Part shown: piece by piece, positions 8,226 to 16,939 of the stretch
How positions within the stretch are numbered: position 1 is the stretch's first letter
Layout of the letters: the number at the start of each line of letters is the position of its first letter
Virus record (IMG/VR): IMGVR_UViG_3300050196_000125
Span: 1-37,771 of that record
Source: a virus
Taxonomy: Duplodnaviria > Caudoviricetes
Direction: 5' to 3' (one strand)
Length of the DNA: 37,771 nucleotides
The notes under the pieces: model-generated
Databases searched by the model: none
What the model was told of the DNA's origin: nothing
Seen by the model: the letters and a program-made list of their open reading frames with translations, nothing else
Program-made: the position numbers and the translations under genes

Positions 8226-8476
8226 ATCAAACACGTCTCGGCTCATTTATTGAAGCCTGCATCAATGTCTTGATTGGGTTTTGGATTAACTTTTTCGCCA
8301 ACTTGGTGATTCTCCCGATGGTAGGCTTTCACATCACCGTTAGCCAAAACTTCTATATCGGGTTTCTGTACACCATCGTTAGCGTGGCTCGCTCTTACGT
8401 AATCCGCCGCTGGTTTAACGCCAAGCTGCAAAAGGCTGCACAACGATTGGCAGCAATGGGTGGCAAGGATGCGTAA
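8222..8476 (+). CDS. Small two-TM phage membrane protein
   Basis: QTRLGSFIEACINVLIG...SVARSYVIRRWFN; AAGGAG RBS. Confidence 0.75.
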   Translation: MNQTRLGSFIEACINVLIGFWINFFANLVILPMVGFHITVSQNFYIGFLYTIVSVARSYVIRRWFNAKLQKAAQRLAAMGGKDA

Positions 8477-8617
8477 GCAATGCCGCCGCAAGGTGTACGC
8501 CTTGGTGAATCCCATAAGCATGGCGATAGAGGGCGCTTGCTCAGTCAAGGCCGCAAAGACGCAGAGAAGGTGGCGCGACAAACCATCAATCTGATGAAAA
8601 AAGACATTCAGGAAATC

Positions 8618-8956
8618 ATGAACAAGGGGAACGCAGTGAGAGTAGGTAGTCGTATGTTGAGCGCAATGGAAATGTGCGAGGAGCGCGGAAAGATCACCAG
8701 CACCGACCTATATCGGGAATGGCCTGACCAGCATCAATCCAACTGCCGCAAGTACCTAGACCGTGCTGTTGTTCTTGGCTTCATGACCAGAGACAACACG
8801 ACTTATCCACACACATTCCGCTTAGTGGATGGCTGGAAAGAGCGCATCTATGGAGACAAGCCACGGCCATACGTGCGCCGACCCGTAGAAGCAAAGCAGA
8901 CACGTAAGCGCAGCGTGTTTGCAGGGGCTAACTCAATTTTTAACCTGGCAGCTTAG
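8618..8956 (+). CDS. Hypothetical, possible winged-HTH protein
   Basis: C-terminal part of ORF 8480-8956; AGGA precedes the ATG at 8618. Start is uncertain. Confidence 0.55.
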   Translation: MNKGNAVRVGSRMLSAMEMCEERGKITSTDLYREWPDQHQSNCRKYLDRAVVLGFMTRDNTTYPHTFRLVDGWKERIYGDKPRPYVRRPVEAKQTRKRSVFAGANSIFNLAA

Positions 8957-8965
8957 GGAGGGGAT

Positions 8966-9121
8966 ATGGAAAGCATCAAATATTTTTGGTTCTACATCTA
9001 CGGCAAAGGCTCTCACATGAACATGGCCGGAAAGCTAATTGTTGGTGTGCCTCTGTTTCCAGTAGTCGCAGTCTTCGCGCTGACTTGGACGGTGTTAGAC
9101 GCACTGTTTACCAAGAAGTAA
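8966..9121 (+). CDS. 51-aa membrane protein
   Basis: MESIKYFWFYIYGKGSHMNMAGKLIVGVPLFPVVAVFALTWTVLDALFTKK; GGAGG RBS. Confidence 0.55.
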   Translation: MESIKYFWFYIYGKGSHMNMAGKLIVGVPLFPVVAVFALTWTVLDALFTKK

Positions 9122-9176
9122 TCCATCCCTCCCGCCCATACAACCGCATCAATCACTACTTAGGCAGGGGCAAGAC

Positions 9177-9683
9177 ATGTTCATAGACCGTTATTCATCA
9201 GCCGTTAATTCCTCCAACCTCAAAAGCGAGGAACTCACAGACCGCAGCGATTCAGACGTGTTGACCGCTATGGGATGGGCAGCACAGCATCACCCACTAG
9301 GCGCAGCACTTCAGCGCTTATTCGTGGACAGCAAGCCTCAGCAAGTGATTGACCTGCTCGCAACGATGGCGCGGGAACGGTCTTTCAGGGTACGGGCGCG
9401 GATTACTGAGGTGCAGGCACGGAGCATCGCAGAGAAGACACTTGCTTGGTATCGCTTCGGCACATGTGGCGACTGCGGGGGAACGGGTAAGGAGCTGATT
9501 GCAGGCACTCCGCATCTGTCGGAACACGATTGCCCAACATGTGAGGGAACAGGTCGCCGCCCGTTTGAACGCGAGTTTCAACATGAAGTGCGGGAGATTG
9601 CGCTATGGCTACGGGATGAGATCGCCAAGCACCAGGCACGCGCAGGCCAAGCAGCTATGCGTTCTATCTCGCTGGAGCTGTGA
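9177..9683 (+). CDS. Late-gene antiterminator Q-like zinc-finger protein
   Basis: CGDCGGTG...CPTCEGTG; last substantial early gene before the late promoter. Confidence 0.75.
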   Translation: MFIDRYSSAVNSSNLKSEELTDRSDSDVLTAMGWAAQHHPLGAALQRLFVDSKPQQVIDLLATMARERSFRVRARITEVQARSIAEKTLAWYRFGTCGDCGGTGKELIAGTPHLSEHDCPTCEGTGRRPFEREFQHEVREIALWLRDEIAKHQARAGQAAMRSISLEL

Positions 9684-9763
9684 TGGATTACCCGTCCGCG
9701 TTATTTCTGGCGTGTGAGTACGTTGCATTTTTTGCGCTGATGTGGTGGATGTTTCGTAGATAA
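9683..9763 (+). CDS. 26-aa hydrophobic peptide
   Basis: MDYPSALFLACEYVAFFALMWWMFRR; GGAG RBS; TGATG coupling to Q. Confidence 0.4.
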   Translation: MDYPSALFLACEYVAFFALMWWMFRR

Positions 9764-9795
9764 AACGCAACATTCAGCCAAATGACGCATAAATA

Positions 9796-9824
9796 TTGCA
9801 CACATGGCGGAAAACTGTGATAAT
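9796..9824 (+). promoter_or_regulatory. Late promoter (pR'-like)
   Basis: TTGCAC, 17 bp, GATAAT, downstream of Q and upstream of a terminator. Confidence 0.65.
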
Positions 9825-9960
9825 GCAGTCACCTGATAAAAGGGCTGTATCGGCCCGAATAAGAGTAGAGGTGGCGAGTGGTGGATAAGCTCGCCCCTAC
9901 ATCAGCAGAATCCTTCCCGGGAACTGGTGCATAGTCGGATTTCCACGATGCCCCATAAGA

Positions 9961-9992
9961 AGCCAGCCTAACCCGCTGGCTTTTTTCGTTTT
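9961..9992 (+). terminator. tR'-like intrinsic terminator
   Basis: AGCCAGC-ctaaccc-GCTGGCT followed by TTTTT. Confidence 0.8.
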
Positions 9993-10252
9993 CGCTCGGC
10001 TCACTCCGTTACCAATCACTTCCTAGTGCACAAAGGGAGTAGACGCCGAGCAACTTCCCCAAAACCTACCCGCTAGACCTTCGGGCCAGCACATCGGCAT
10101 TCACTCCCTGCCGAACCGTGCAAAAGAGTAGGCCGCTTGCATATCGGCAAATATGCATAGCTCCAGCAAGAAAACCCCGCAGACCCGCCAAGCTCCACGG
10201 CAGTCTGTGGGGTGCTGGACATTCTGATTGCTCCTTGGTTGAAAGACCCTTC

Positions 10253-10285
10253 GCCGCCTTGGTAACTCTCGGCGGCTTTTTTATT
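10253..10285 (+). terminator. Second terminator in the late leader
   Basis: GCCGCC...GGCGGC followed by TTTTTT. Confidence 0.7.
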
Positions 10286-10302
10286 CCAGAAAGGCGCACA
10301 AC

Positions 10303-10833
10303 ATGAGCGCAAATGAAGGTGCAGTAGTTGACGCTGCACGATCTACCTTTTCCGCTGGTGTTGTTGGCCTAGTAGCTGCCGCAGCCGGTACGGACATCTT
10401 CACCATCACAGGCGCAAAAGATCGCAAGATCAAGGTTCTGCGTCTTGAAGTGTCTGGTATCGCTACAGCATCGCAAGCCATTCCTTTCAGTGTGGTGAAA
10501 CGAAGCACAGCAAACACAGGCGGCACATCAACAACCCCCAACGTGGTTGCACATGAAGCAATCGCAGGCTTGACAGCCTCCGCAACGGTACGCGCTTACA
10601 CAGCCAACCCCGGCACACTTGGAACGCTAGTCGGCACGATTCAAGCAAAGCGCGGAACACTGCTAACAGCATCGGCAGGCTCCCCAGCTTCTCCGACCCC
10701 ATTCGACTTCACCACAGCAGGAACCAAGTTCCCCACGCTGGTAAACGAAAACGAAGTAATCGCACTGAACTACGGCGGCTCAACTGCTGCGGGTAATGCG
10801 CTAGACATCTTCGTGACGTGGACTGAAGAATAA
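10303..10833 (+). CDS. Hypothetical Thr/Ala/Gly-rich protein, possibly virion-associated
   Basis: 176 aa with beta-rich composition; first late gene. Confidence 0.65.
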   Translation: MSANEGAVVDAARSTFSAGVVGLVAAAAGTDIFTITGAKDRKIKVLRLEVSGIATASQAIPFSVVKRSTANTGGTSTTPNVVAHEAIAGLTASATVRAYTANPGTLGTLVGTIQAKRGTLLTASAGSPASPTPFDFTTAGTKFPTLVNENEVIALNYGGSTAAGNALDIFVTWTEE

Positions 10834-10882
10834 ACAAACACATCAACGACCTGACGTTATTCAGGGAGCCTGAGAGGGCAAT

Positions 10883-11140
10883 ATGGCAGCACGACTAAAC
10901 AAACTTCACACAGAGGAAATCCGCACCAAGATCAAGACAAGTCAGTTACTGAATGTCTTGCAAGATCATGCACTTAGCGCGGACAAGGAAATATCCAAAG
11001 ACCGCATAAGGGCGATTGAGATTCTGTTGCGGAAGACTTTGCCTGATTTGAGTGCTGTGACTATCTCAGGCGACTCAGAGAACCCGCTGAACGCAAGCCT
11101 CACAGTCACATTCGTGGCACCAGATGGCAAGCCTTCCTGA
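10883..11140 (+). CDS. terS: Putative terminase small subunit
   Basis: Directly upstream of and overlapping TerL; IRAIEILLRKTLPDL motif. Confidence 0.6.
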   Translation: MAARLNKLHTEEIRTKIKTSQLLNVLQDHALSADKEISKDRIRAIEILLRKTLPDLSAVTISGDSENPLNASLTVTFVAPDGKPS

Positions 11141-12341
11141 GTGGGCTAAGAAGCTGTGGACGCCTTCACGATACAAGGTAATGCGCGGAGGTCGCGGAAG
11201 CGGTAAGAGCCGCACGGCAGCCACAGCGCTATTGCTGCAAGCCGCATCAGCCCAGCATCGTGTGCTTTGTGGGCGTGAGATTCAGAAGTCAATTAAAGAC
11301 TCTGTGAAGCGCCTGCTAGACGATGAGATTGAGCGCCTTGGCCTTGGTGACTTCTACGAGTCAGTAGAGAACGAGATTCGCGGCAAGAACGGCAGTCTGT
11401 TTATCTTTGCTGGCTTGCGTGGTAACTCGGCATCCATCAAATCGATGGAAGGGATTACACGCTGCTGGATTGAGGAAGCGCAGACGATCAGCCAATCATC
11501 GCTGGATGACCTGATTCCTACGATTCGCGGCAATGGCTCTGAGATTTGGTTCACATACAACCCGAGGTTTGACAAAGACCCGATTGATGTGATGTTCAAG
11601 GCAGAAGAACTGCCACCAAGCACCATCTTGCTGCATGTGAACTGGCAAGACAACCCTTGGTTTCCTGATGTGTTGCGTACTGAAATGGAGTACGACAAGC
11701 GCAGGGACATGGACAAGTACTTGCACATCTGGGAAGGTCAGTACCAGACAAGCAGTGAAGCGCGAGTCTTCAAGAATTGGACGGTTGAAGAGTTTGAGCA
11801 TCCCCCTGGCACTATCTTCCGGCTTGGTGCTGATTGGGGCTTCTCTGTTGACCCTTCAACTCTGGTGCGCTGCTCCATTGAAGGCAACCGCTTGTATGTG
11901 GACTACGAAGCGTGGCAAGTGGGTTGCGAGATTGTCAACCTGCCTGAACTGTTCATGGCGATTCCAGAGGCTGAGAAATGGCCGATTGTTGCCGACTCAG
12001 CGCGGCCCGAAACGATCAGCCACATGCAGCGCAACGGCTTCCCAAAGATACGCGCAGCCATCAAGGGCGCTAAGTCTCTAGAGGAAGGCGTTGAGTTCCT
12101 GAAGTCGTTTGACATCGTGGTGCATCCACGCTGCAAGCACTTGATTGATGAGCTGACCTTGTACAGCTACGAGACCGACCCGCTGACAAACGAAGTTATG
12201 CCGGTGCTGGCTGACAAAGACAACCACTTGATTGATGCCCTTCGCTATGCGTGCGAGGGAGCTAGACGCGCTGGCCTCAAACGTGAGCGCGTACCCCTCA
12301 AAACAACGCCTGACTATTCAGAAGGTGGATGGATGACATGA
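11124..12341 (+). CDS. terL: Terminase large subunit (PBSX family)
   Basis: Walker A GGRGSGKS, Walker B CWIEEAQ, TYNP, nuclease motifs GADWG and NHLIDALRYA. Confidence 0.95.
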   Translation: MASLPEWAKKLWTPSRYKVMRGGRGSGKSRTAATALLLQAASAQHRVLCGREIQKSIKDSVKRLLDDEIERLGLGDFYESVENEIRGKNGSLFIFAGLRGNSASIKSMEGITRCWIEEAQTISQSSLDDLIPTIRGNGSEIWFTYNPRFDKDPIDVMFKAEELPPSTILLHVNWQDNPWFPDVLRTEMEYDKRRDMDKYLHIWEGQYQTSSEARVFKNWTVEEFEHPPGTIFRLGADWGFSVDPSTLVRCSIEGNRLYVDYEAWQVGCEIVNLPELFMAIPEAEKWPIVADSARPETISHMQRNGFPKIRAAIKGAKSLEEGVEFLKSFDIVVHPRCKHLIDELTLYSYETDPLTNEVMPVLADKDNHLIDALRYACEGARRAGLKRERVPLKTTPDYSEGGWMT

Positions 12342-14434
12342 CCAAAGATGATGTTCTAGAACGGGCTAAAAAGCGGTTTGAGTATTCGCTTGAGCGAAGC
12401 TCGCACAACCGCGACAAAGCCAAGCAGGACATCAAGTTCGCTGCTGCGTCACCTGACGACCCTTGGCAATGGGAAGACACGGCAGTTAAACAGCGTCAGT
12501 TGGAAAAGCGCCCTCGGTTGACCATCAACAAGCTGCCCCAACACATCCGTCAGGTCACGAACGACATCCGGCAGAACCGCCCGTCTATCAAGTTCCGTCC
12601 TGCTGACAATGACGCAGACGTTGAAGTTGCAGAAATTCTGAATGGATTGGCGCGTCACATCGAGGCGAACTCTGATGCTGATGTGGCGTATGACTTTGCG
12701 TCTGACAACCAAGTCACGCACGGCACTGGCTACATCCGAGTGATGGCCGACTATGTGAAAGAGGATTCGTTCGATCAGGACATCTTCATTCGCGCTGTTC
12801 GGGACACATTCAAGTGCTTTGATGACCCAGACGCAGAAGACCCCGCAGGCGCTGACCGTCGCTTCTTTGGCATTGAAGACTACCTGACAGAAGCCGACTT
12901 CAAGGCTCAATACCCAGACGCTGAACCTGTTGACTGGAACAACATCGGCAGTGGTGATTGGTATGACCGTGCGCAGAAATATGTGCGGGTTGCTGAGTAT
13001 TTCGAGACTGAAGACAAAGACGCTACCTTGCTCATGTGGGCCGATGGCTCCACTGCGTTTGAGGGAGACCCGCTGCCCCAGACAGTGCTTGAGGGTGAGC
13101 TGCCAATCAAGAAGCGCAAAGCTAAGAAGCGGATTGTCAAATGGTACAAGCTCTCCGGCGCTGAAGTGCTGGACGAACGCGAGTTCCCATGCTCCATGAT
13201 TCCCGTCGCCCGTGTGTTGGGCAATGAGTGGGTGGTTGATGGCAAGACCTACGTTAGCGGCTTGGTGCGCAACGCTAAAGACTCGCAGCGCATGTACAAC
13301 GTGGCGCAATCTGCCATTGTTGAGCGTGTTATGCAGGCTCCTAAAGCACCTTGGATTACGCCTGCTGAAGCTGTTGAAGGCTATGACAAGAACTGGCAGA
13401 ACGCCAACTCTGGCAACGCTGCTTATTTGCCCTACAACCACGTTGACGCAGAAGGCAACCCCATCCCCGCGCCACAACGTCAGATGCCTGCACCGGTTGA
13501 GCAAGGACTCAGCCAGATTGCAATGTCTGCCTCTGATGACATCAAGAGCGAAACAGGCCAATACGATGCATCGCTAGGTCAAAAGAGTAACGAGACTTCA
13601 GGCCGCGCAATCATGGCGCGTCAACGTGAAGGCGACAACGCAACTTATCACTACGTTGACAACCTTGGCCGTGCCATCCGTCATGTAGGTCGAATCATCC
13701 TTGACATGATTCCCCGCATCTATGACACACAGCGAGTTGCACGCATCTTGGGTGAGGATGGAAGCCCAGCCAACGTCACGCTTGACCCAAACAACCCTGA
13801 ACCATTGACAGAGGTTGAAGACGACAAGGGCGACATTCAGCGCATCTTTAACCCGAATATCGGCTGCTATGACGTTTATACGACTTCTGGCCCGTCTTTC
13901 ACGACTCGCCGCATGGAAGCTGTAGACGCAATGACCGCGATGACACAAGCCAACCCTCAGTTGTGGCAAGTGATCGGGGATTTGCTGGTCAAGAACATGG
14001 ATTGGCCTGGTGCTGATGACATGGCAAAACGTCTAAAGCTCACACTTCTGCCGCCTATCCAGCAAGAGATTCAAGGTGAAGAAAAGGGCGAACAAGTACC
14101 GCCTCAGATTCAGCAGGCTATGGACCAGATGCAGCAACAAATTCAGCAGCTTGGACAAGCACTGGAAAACGCATCGAACCATGCCGAGCAGTTGGAAAAA
14201 GAGCTTGAGAGCAAGACCAACGAGCAGCTAATCAAGGCATACGGCGAAGAAACAAAGCGTATCAATGTGGTCGCTCCCGCGATGTCTCCTGAGGATGTGC
14301 AAGCCCTTGTTATGCAGACGCTACAGCAGGCATTGAGTACGCCTCCACCTGCACAACCGGTCATAGAAGACCTCCAAGAGTACGAACAATCCGAACCGCC
14401 TCAGAGCGGTTTTTTTACGCCTGAAGGAATGTGA
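12338..14434 (+). CDS. Portal protein (P22 gp1-like)
   Basis: About 700 aa; RPRLTINKL, GLVRNAKDSQRMYN, NETSGRAIMARQ and a Q-rich C-terminal barrel. Alternative start at 12329. Confidence 0.92.
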   Translation: MTKDDVLERAKKRFEYSLERSSHNRDKAKQDIKFAAASPDDPWQWEDTAVKQRQLEKRPRLTINKLPQHIRQVTNDIRQNRPSIKFRPADNDADVEVAEILNGLARHIEANSDADVAYDFASDNQVTHGTGYIRVMADYVKEDSFDQDIFIRAVRDTFKCFDDPDAEDPAGADRRFFGIEDYLTEADFKAQYPDAEPVDWNNIGSGDWYDRAQKYVRVAEYFETEDKDATLLMWADGSTAFEGDPLPQTVLEGELPIKKRKAKKRIVKWYKLSGAEVLDEREFPCSMIPVARVLGNEWVVDGKTYVSGLVRNAKDSQRMYNVAQSAIVERVMQAPKAPWITPAEAVEGYDKNWQNANSGNAAYLPYNHVDAEGNPIPAPQRQMPAPVEQGLSQIAMSASDDIKSETGQYDASLGQKSNETSGRAIMARQREGDNATYHYVDNLGRAIRHVGRIILDMIPRIYDTQRVARILGEDGSPANVTLDPNNPEPLTEVEDDKGDIQRIFNPNIGCYDVYTTSGPSFTTRRMEAVDAMTAMTQANPQLWQVIGDLLVKNMDWPGADDMAKRLKLTLLPPIQQEIQGEEKGEQVPPQIQQAMDQMQQQIQQLGQALENASNHAEQLEKELESKTNEQLIKAYGEETKRINVVAPAMSPEDVQALVMQTLQQALSTPPPAQPVIEDLQEYEQSEPPQSGFFTPEGM
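14394..14416 (+). terminator. Terminator-like hairpin in the portal 3' end
   Basis: AACCGC-ctcaga-GCGGTT followed by TTTTT. Confidence 0.6.
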
Positions 14435-14436
14435 CC

Positions 14437-15921
14437 ATGATGGTTCAATATTGGGGAACAGCAAATTACAACGAATTCCCGCTAACGGGTGTTTTGCGTC
14501 TGTGGACAACCGGACAGTTGCAAGATGTGCCTGATGCTATAGCTGCTCGATTGGTTGCCGCTGGCGTTGGCTTTCAATACGACTCCAGCAGCTTGAAGGG
14601 CGAGCCTGCAATTGTGGTTAGTGATCCCCTCACCGGAGTGATTCGGTTGAATGATGGCTCCCTGAATCCGCAATCAATGCAGCGCGTTGGCTATCGCGGA
14701 CAATCGCTTTTCACGTTTTCAGATACGGCAAACTGGACGTTTATCTTTGGCGGTTCCGGTGGCTCCATAGTCTCGGACACCACAAACAAGAAAGCCAGCA
14801 CCAACGGGCTTGCAGTAAACACCGGATCGTCCTCTTCGGATGGCGTGAAAAAGTCTTTTGGCGCAGCTACTTTTGCCATTCAATCGGGTTCAATTATTCG
14901 CTTGATGCTGTATGTGCCCTATTCGGCGTTGACTGGCACAAATACCCTGAGCATTAAGTTTTCGTCAGACAACAACGCCACAAAGGGCTTGGCGTTTACG
15001 TTCGGCAATGCTTACTTCCAAAACGCAGGCTGGCAAGTCCTGACGGCGAAGGCGGGTGAAGATGGCACGCAAGAATTCCAGAGCGGCGCTACTTGGACTG
15101 CAACAGGTGGCGAAGCGTGGGGAGCCAACTTTAATTACTGCCACATCGTTCTAAACAACTTTAACGGCTCCACCATCACACTCGATTCGTTGCTCGTTGG
15201 GGCAAAGGATGTGCCTCGGGTGGTGTTCAGCTTTGATGGCGTGGCTCCATCTGTATCCAACGCAGTTGCGCGCTCCCTTGCCGCACATGGCTGGGCTGCT
15301 GGCATTTTCACTGATGGCGACACTGTGAGCATTGCAAATGACAAGGCCGGTGCGCTGTCCCTTGTGAATGATTACGGATGGTCATGGGGAACGCAGGGTA
15401 TCGCCCACACAAACTACACATCCAACGGGCGCGACATTGGGGCTGACTTTGATACCGCTGCTGCAAACATGATTGCTGTGGGGGCTGCGCGTCCCACTAC
15501 CTTTGCTTACCCTGTCAACCAGTCAAACAAGGTGCTTGATGCAACGCTTGCTGGCCGTGGGGTGGTATGGCGTCGCTCATACGGGGAGGACATCATCAAT
15601 ACTGTGGGTTACGGCATCCCCAATAGCGATGACGGAATGGTGCGCTCTGGCTTTACTCAGCACCTTGCAGCCAACTACAACCTGGGCACGGCCTATCAGC
15701 AAGTCAAGAACCGTATTGACCGTGTGTGCGCTGTGGGCGGTGTGCTTTCGCTGTTTACGCACAAAGAAACGGCACTCTCTACAGATTGGTCATTGGGTGG
15801 CGACTTAACTCAGTGGTACATGCTGGTGGAGTATCTGTGGCAGATGCGGAATCAGTACGGACTTGAAGTGGTTACGCCAGAGCAAGTAAAGCCGCTGCTG
15901 ACCGCACAGCGATTCGTTTAA
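14437..15921 (+). CDS. Polysaccharide deacetylase (NodB/CE4)-like domain protein with N-terminal beta-rich region
   Basis: VVFSFDG, GTQGIAHTNY, TFAYP and LFTH motifs in the C-terminal half. Confidence 0.7.
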   Translation: MMVQYWGTANYNEFPLTGVLRLWTTGQLQDVPDAIAARLVAAGVGFQYDSSSLKGEPAIVVSDPLTGVIRLNDGSLNPQSMQRVGYRGQSLFTFSDTANWTFIFGGSGGSIVSDTTNKKASTNGLAVNTGSSSSDGVKKSFGAATFAIQSGSIIRLMLYVPYSALTGTNTLSIKFSSDNNATKGLAFTFGNAYFQNAGWQVLTAKAGEDGTQEFQSGATWTATGGEAWGANFNYCHIVLNNFNGSTITLDSLLVGAKDVPRVVFSFDGVAPSVSNAVARSLAAHGWAAGIFTDGDTVSIANDKAGALSLVNDYGWSWGTQGIAHTNYTSNGRDIGADFDTAAANMIAVGAARPTTFAYPVNQSNKVLDATLAGRGVVWRRSYGEDIINTVGYGIPNSDDGMVRSGFTQHLAANYNLGTAYQQVKNRIDRVCAVGGVLSLFTHKETALSTDWSLGGDLTQWYMLVEYLWQMRNQYGLEVVTPEQVKPLLTAQRFV

Positions 15922-16014
15922 CCCATCCCCTCAGCACTGGGAACCTCTTTCGGGCACACGCCCAAAACCGTACCTGTTCGGTCTAACAGGGCATTGCCGA
16001 AAGGCCAATAACTC

Positions 16015-16788
16015 ATGTCTAACGACGCACTTGAAGAAGTGGGCTTGCCCACGCCTGCCGAATCGGAGGCAGTAAATCCAGCCGAGCCAAACACCCCATT
16101 AGAGACTGCTGCTGATGGTGTCGTGGAAGAAAAGCAGGAAGAACCCGCAAAGACGTTCACACAAGCTGAAGTTGATGCAATGGTTCAAAAGCGGCTCTTG
16201 AAGGAGCAGCGACGGTTAAGCCGAGACCTTGAGCGCAAGCTGACAGAACAGCAGCAAGCTAAGGCACTTGTCCCGCCCGAGCGTAACGCCTTCAGAGACG
16301 ATGACGAGTTTTTGCAGGCTCAGATTGACCACCTTGCAGAGAAGAAAGCGGCTGAAAAAATCGCAGAGCGTGAACGCGCAAAAGAGGCAGAACAGCGAAG
16401 CGAGAGCTTCATGGAGAAAGCCGAAAAAGCGTCTGAACGTTATGTGGATTTCCAAGCCGTAGTTGGTAACCCAACGTTGGCAATCAACGAGTCTATGGCC
16501 GAGTTCATCGCAGACAGCGACCTAGGCCCAGACGTTGCCTATCACCTCGGCAAGAACCCTGCAAAGGCTGCGCAGATCGCGCAGATGTCACCCGTCAAAG
16601 CCGCACGCGAGCTGGCCCGCATTGAAGCGGAGATAGCAAGCAAACCCAAAGCCAAACCTAGCAACGCACCGGAACCAATCAATCCCGTGGGTTCGCGTGG
16701 CAAGTCAACGACCAGCTCCTTGCCGAGTGATGACGATGACATTGAAACGTGGATGCGCAAGGAACGAGACCGACAACGCAAACGCTAG
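16015..16788 (+). CDS. Scaffolding protein
   Basis: KTFTQAEVDAMVQKRL, coiled coil, GPDVAYHLGKNP and APEPINPV; directly before the capsid gene. Confidence 0.85.
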   Translation: MSNDALEEVGLPTPAESEAVNPAEPNTPLETAADGVVEEKQEEPAKTFTQAEVDAMVQKRLLKEQRRLSRDLERKLTEQQQAKALVPPERNAFRDDDEFLQAQIDHLAEKKAAEKIAERERAKEAEQRSESFMEKAEKASERYVDFQAVVGNPTLAINESMAEFIADSDLGPDVAYHLGKNPAKAAQIAQMSPVKAARELARIEAEIASKPKAKPSNAPEPINPVGSRGKSTTSSLPSDDDDIETWMRKERDRQRKR

Positions 16789-16800
16789 GACACGACACAG

Positions 16801-16824
16801 ACCGCCCACCGAGGCGGTTTTTTT
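16801..16824 (+). terminator. Terminator-like hairpin before the capsid gene
   Basis: ACCGCC-caccga-GGCGGT followed by TTTTTT. Confidence 0.65.
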
Positions 16825-16842
16825 ACGCCCTAAGGAAACATC

Positions 16843-16939
16843 ATGCCAAACAGCATTCTTACCCCCACAGCGGTTACCCGCAAAGCCCTCGCAATCCTGC
16901 ACCAGAAGTTGAACTTCGTGGGTTCTATCAACCGTCAGT
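16843..16939 (+). CDS. Major capsid protein exon 1 (P22 coat family)
   Basis: TAAGGA RBS; MPNSILTPTAVTRKALAILHQKLNFVGSINRQ plus the T of a split Tyr codon. Confidence 0.92.

Noticed and set aside
12449-13561. Long antisense ORFs (12449-13561, 17686-18579, 20552-21445, 24849-26054)
   Set aside because: They lie opposite well-supported structural genes and have no recognisable motifs; typical codon-bias shadows.
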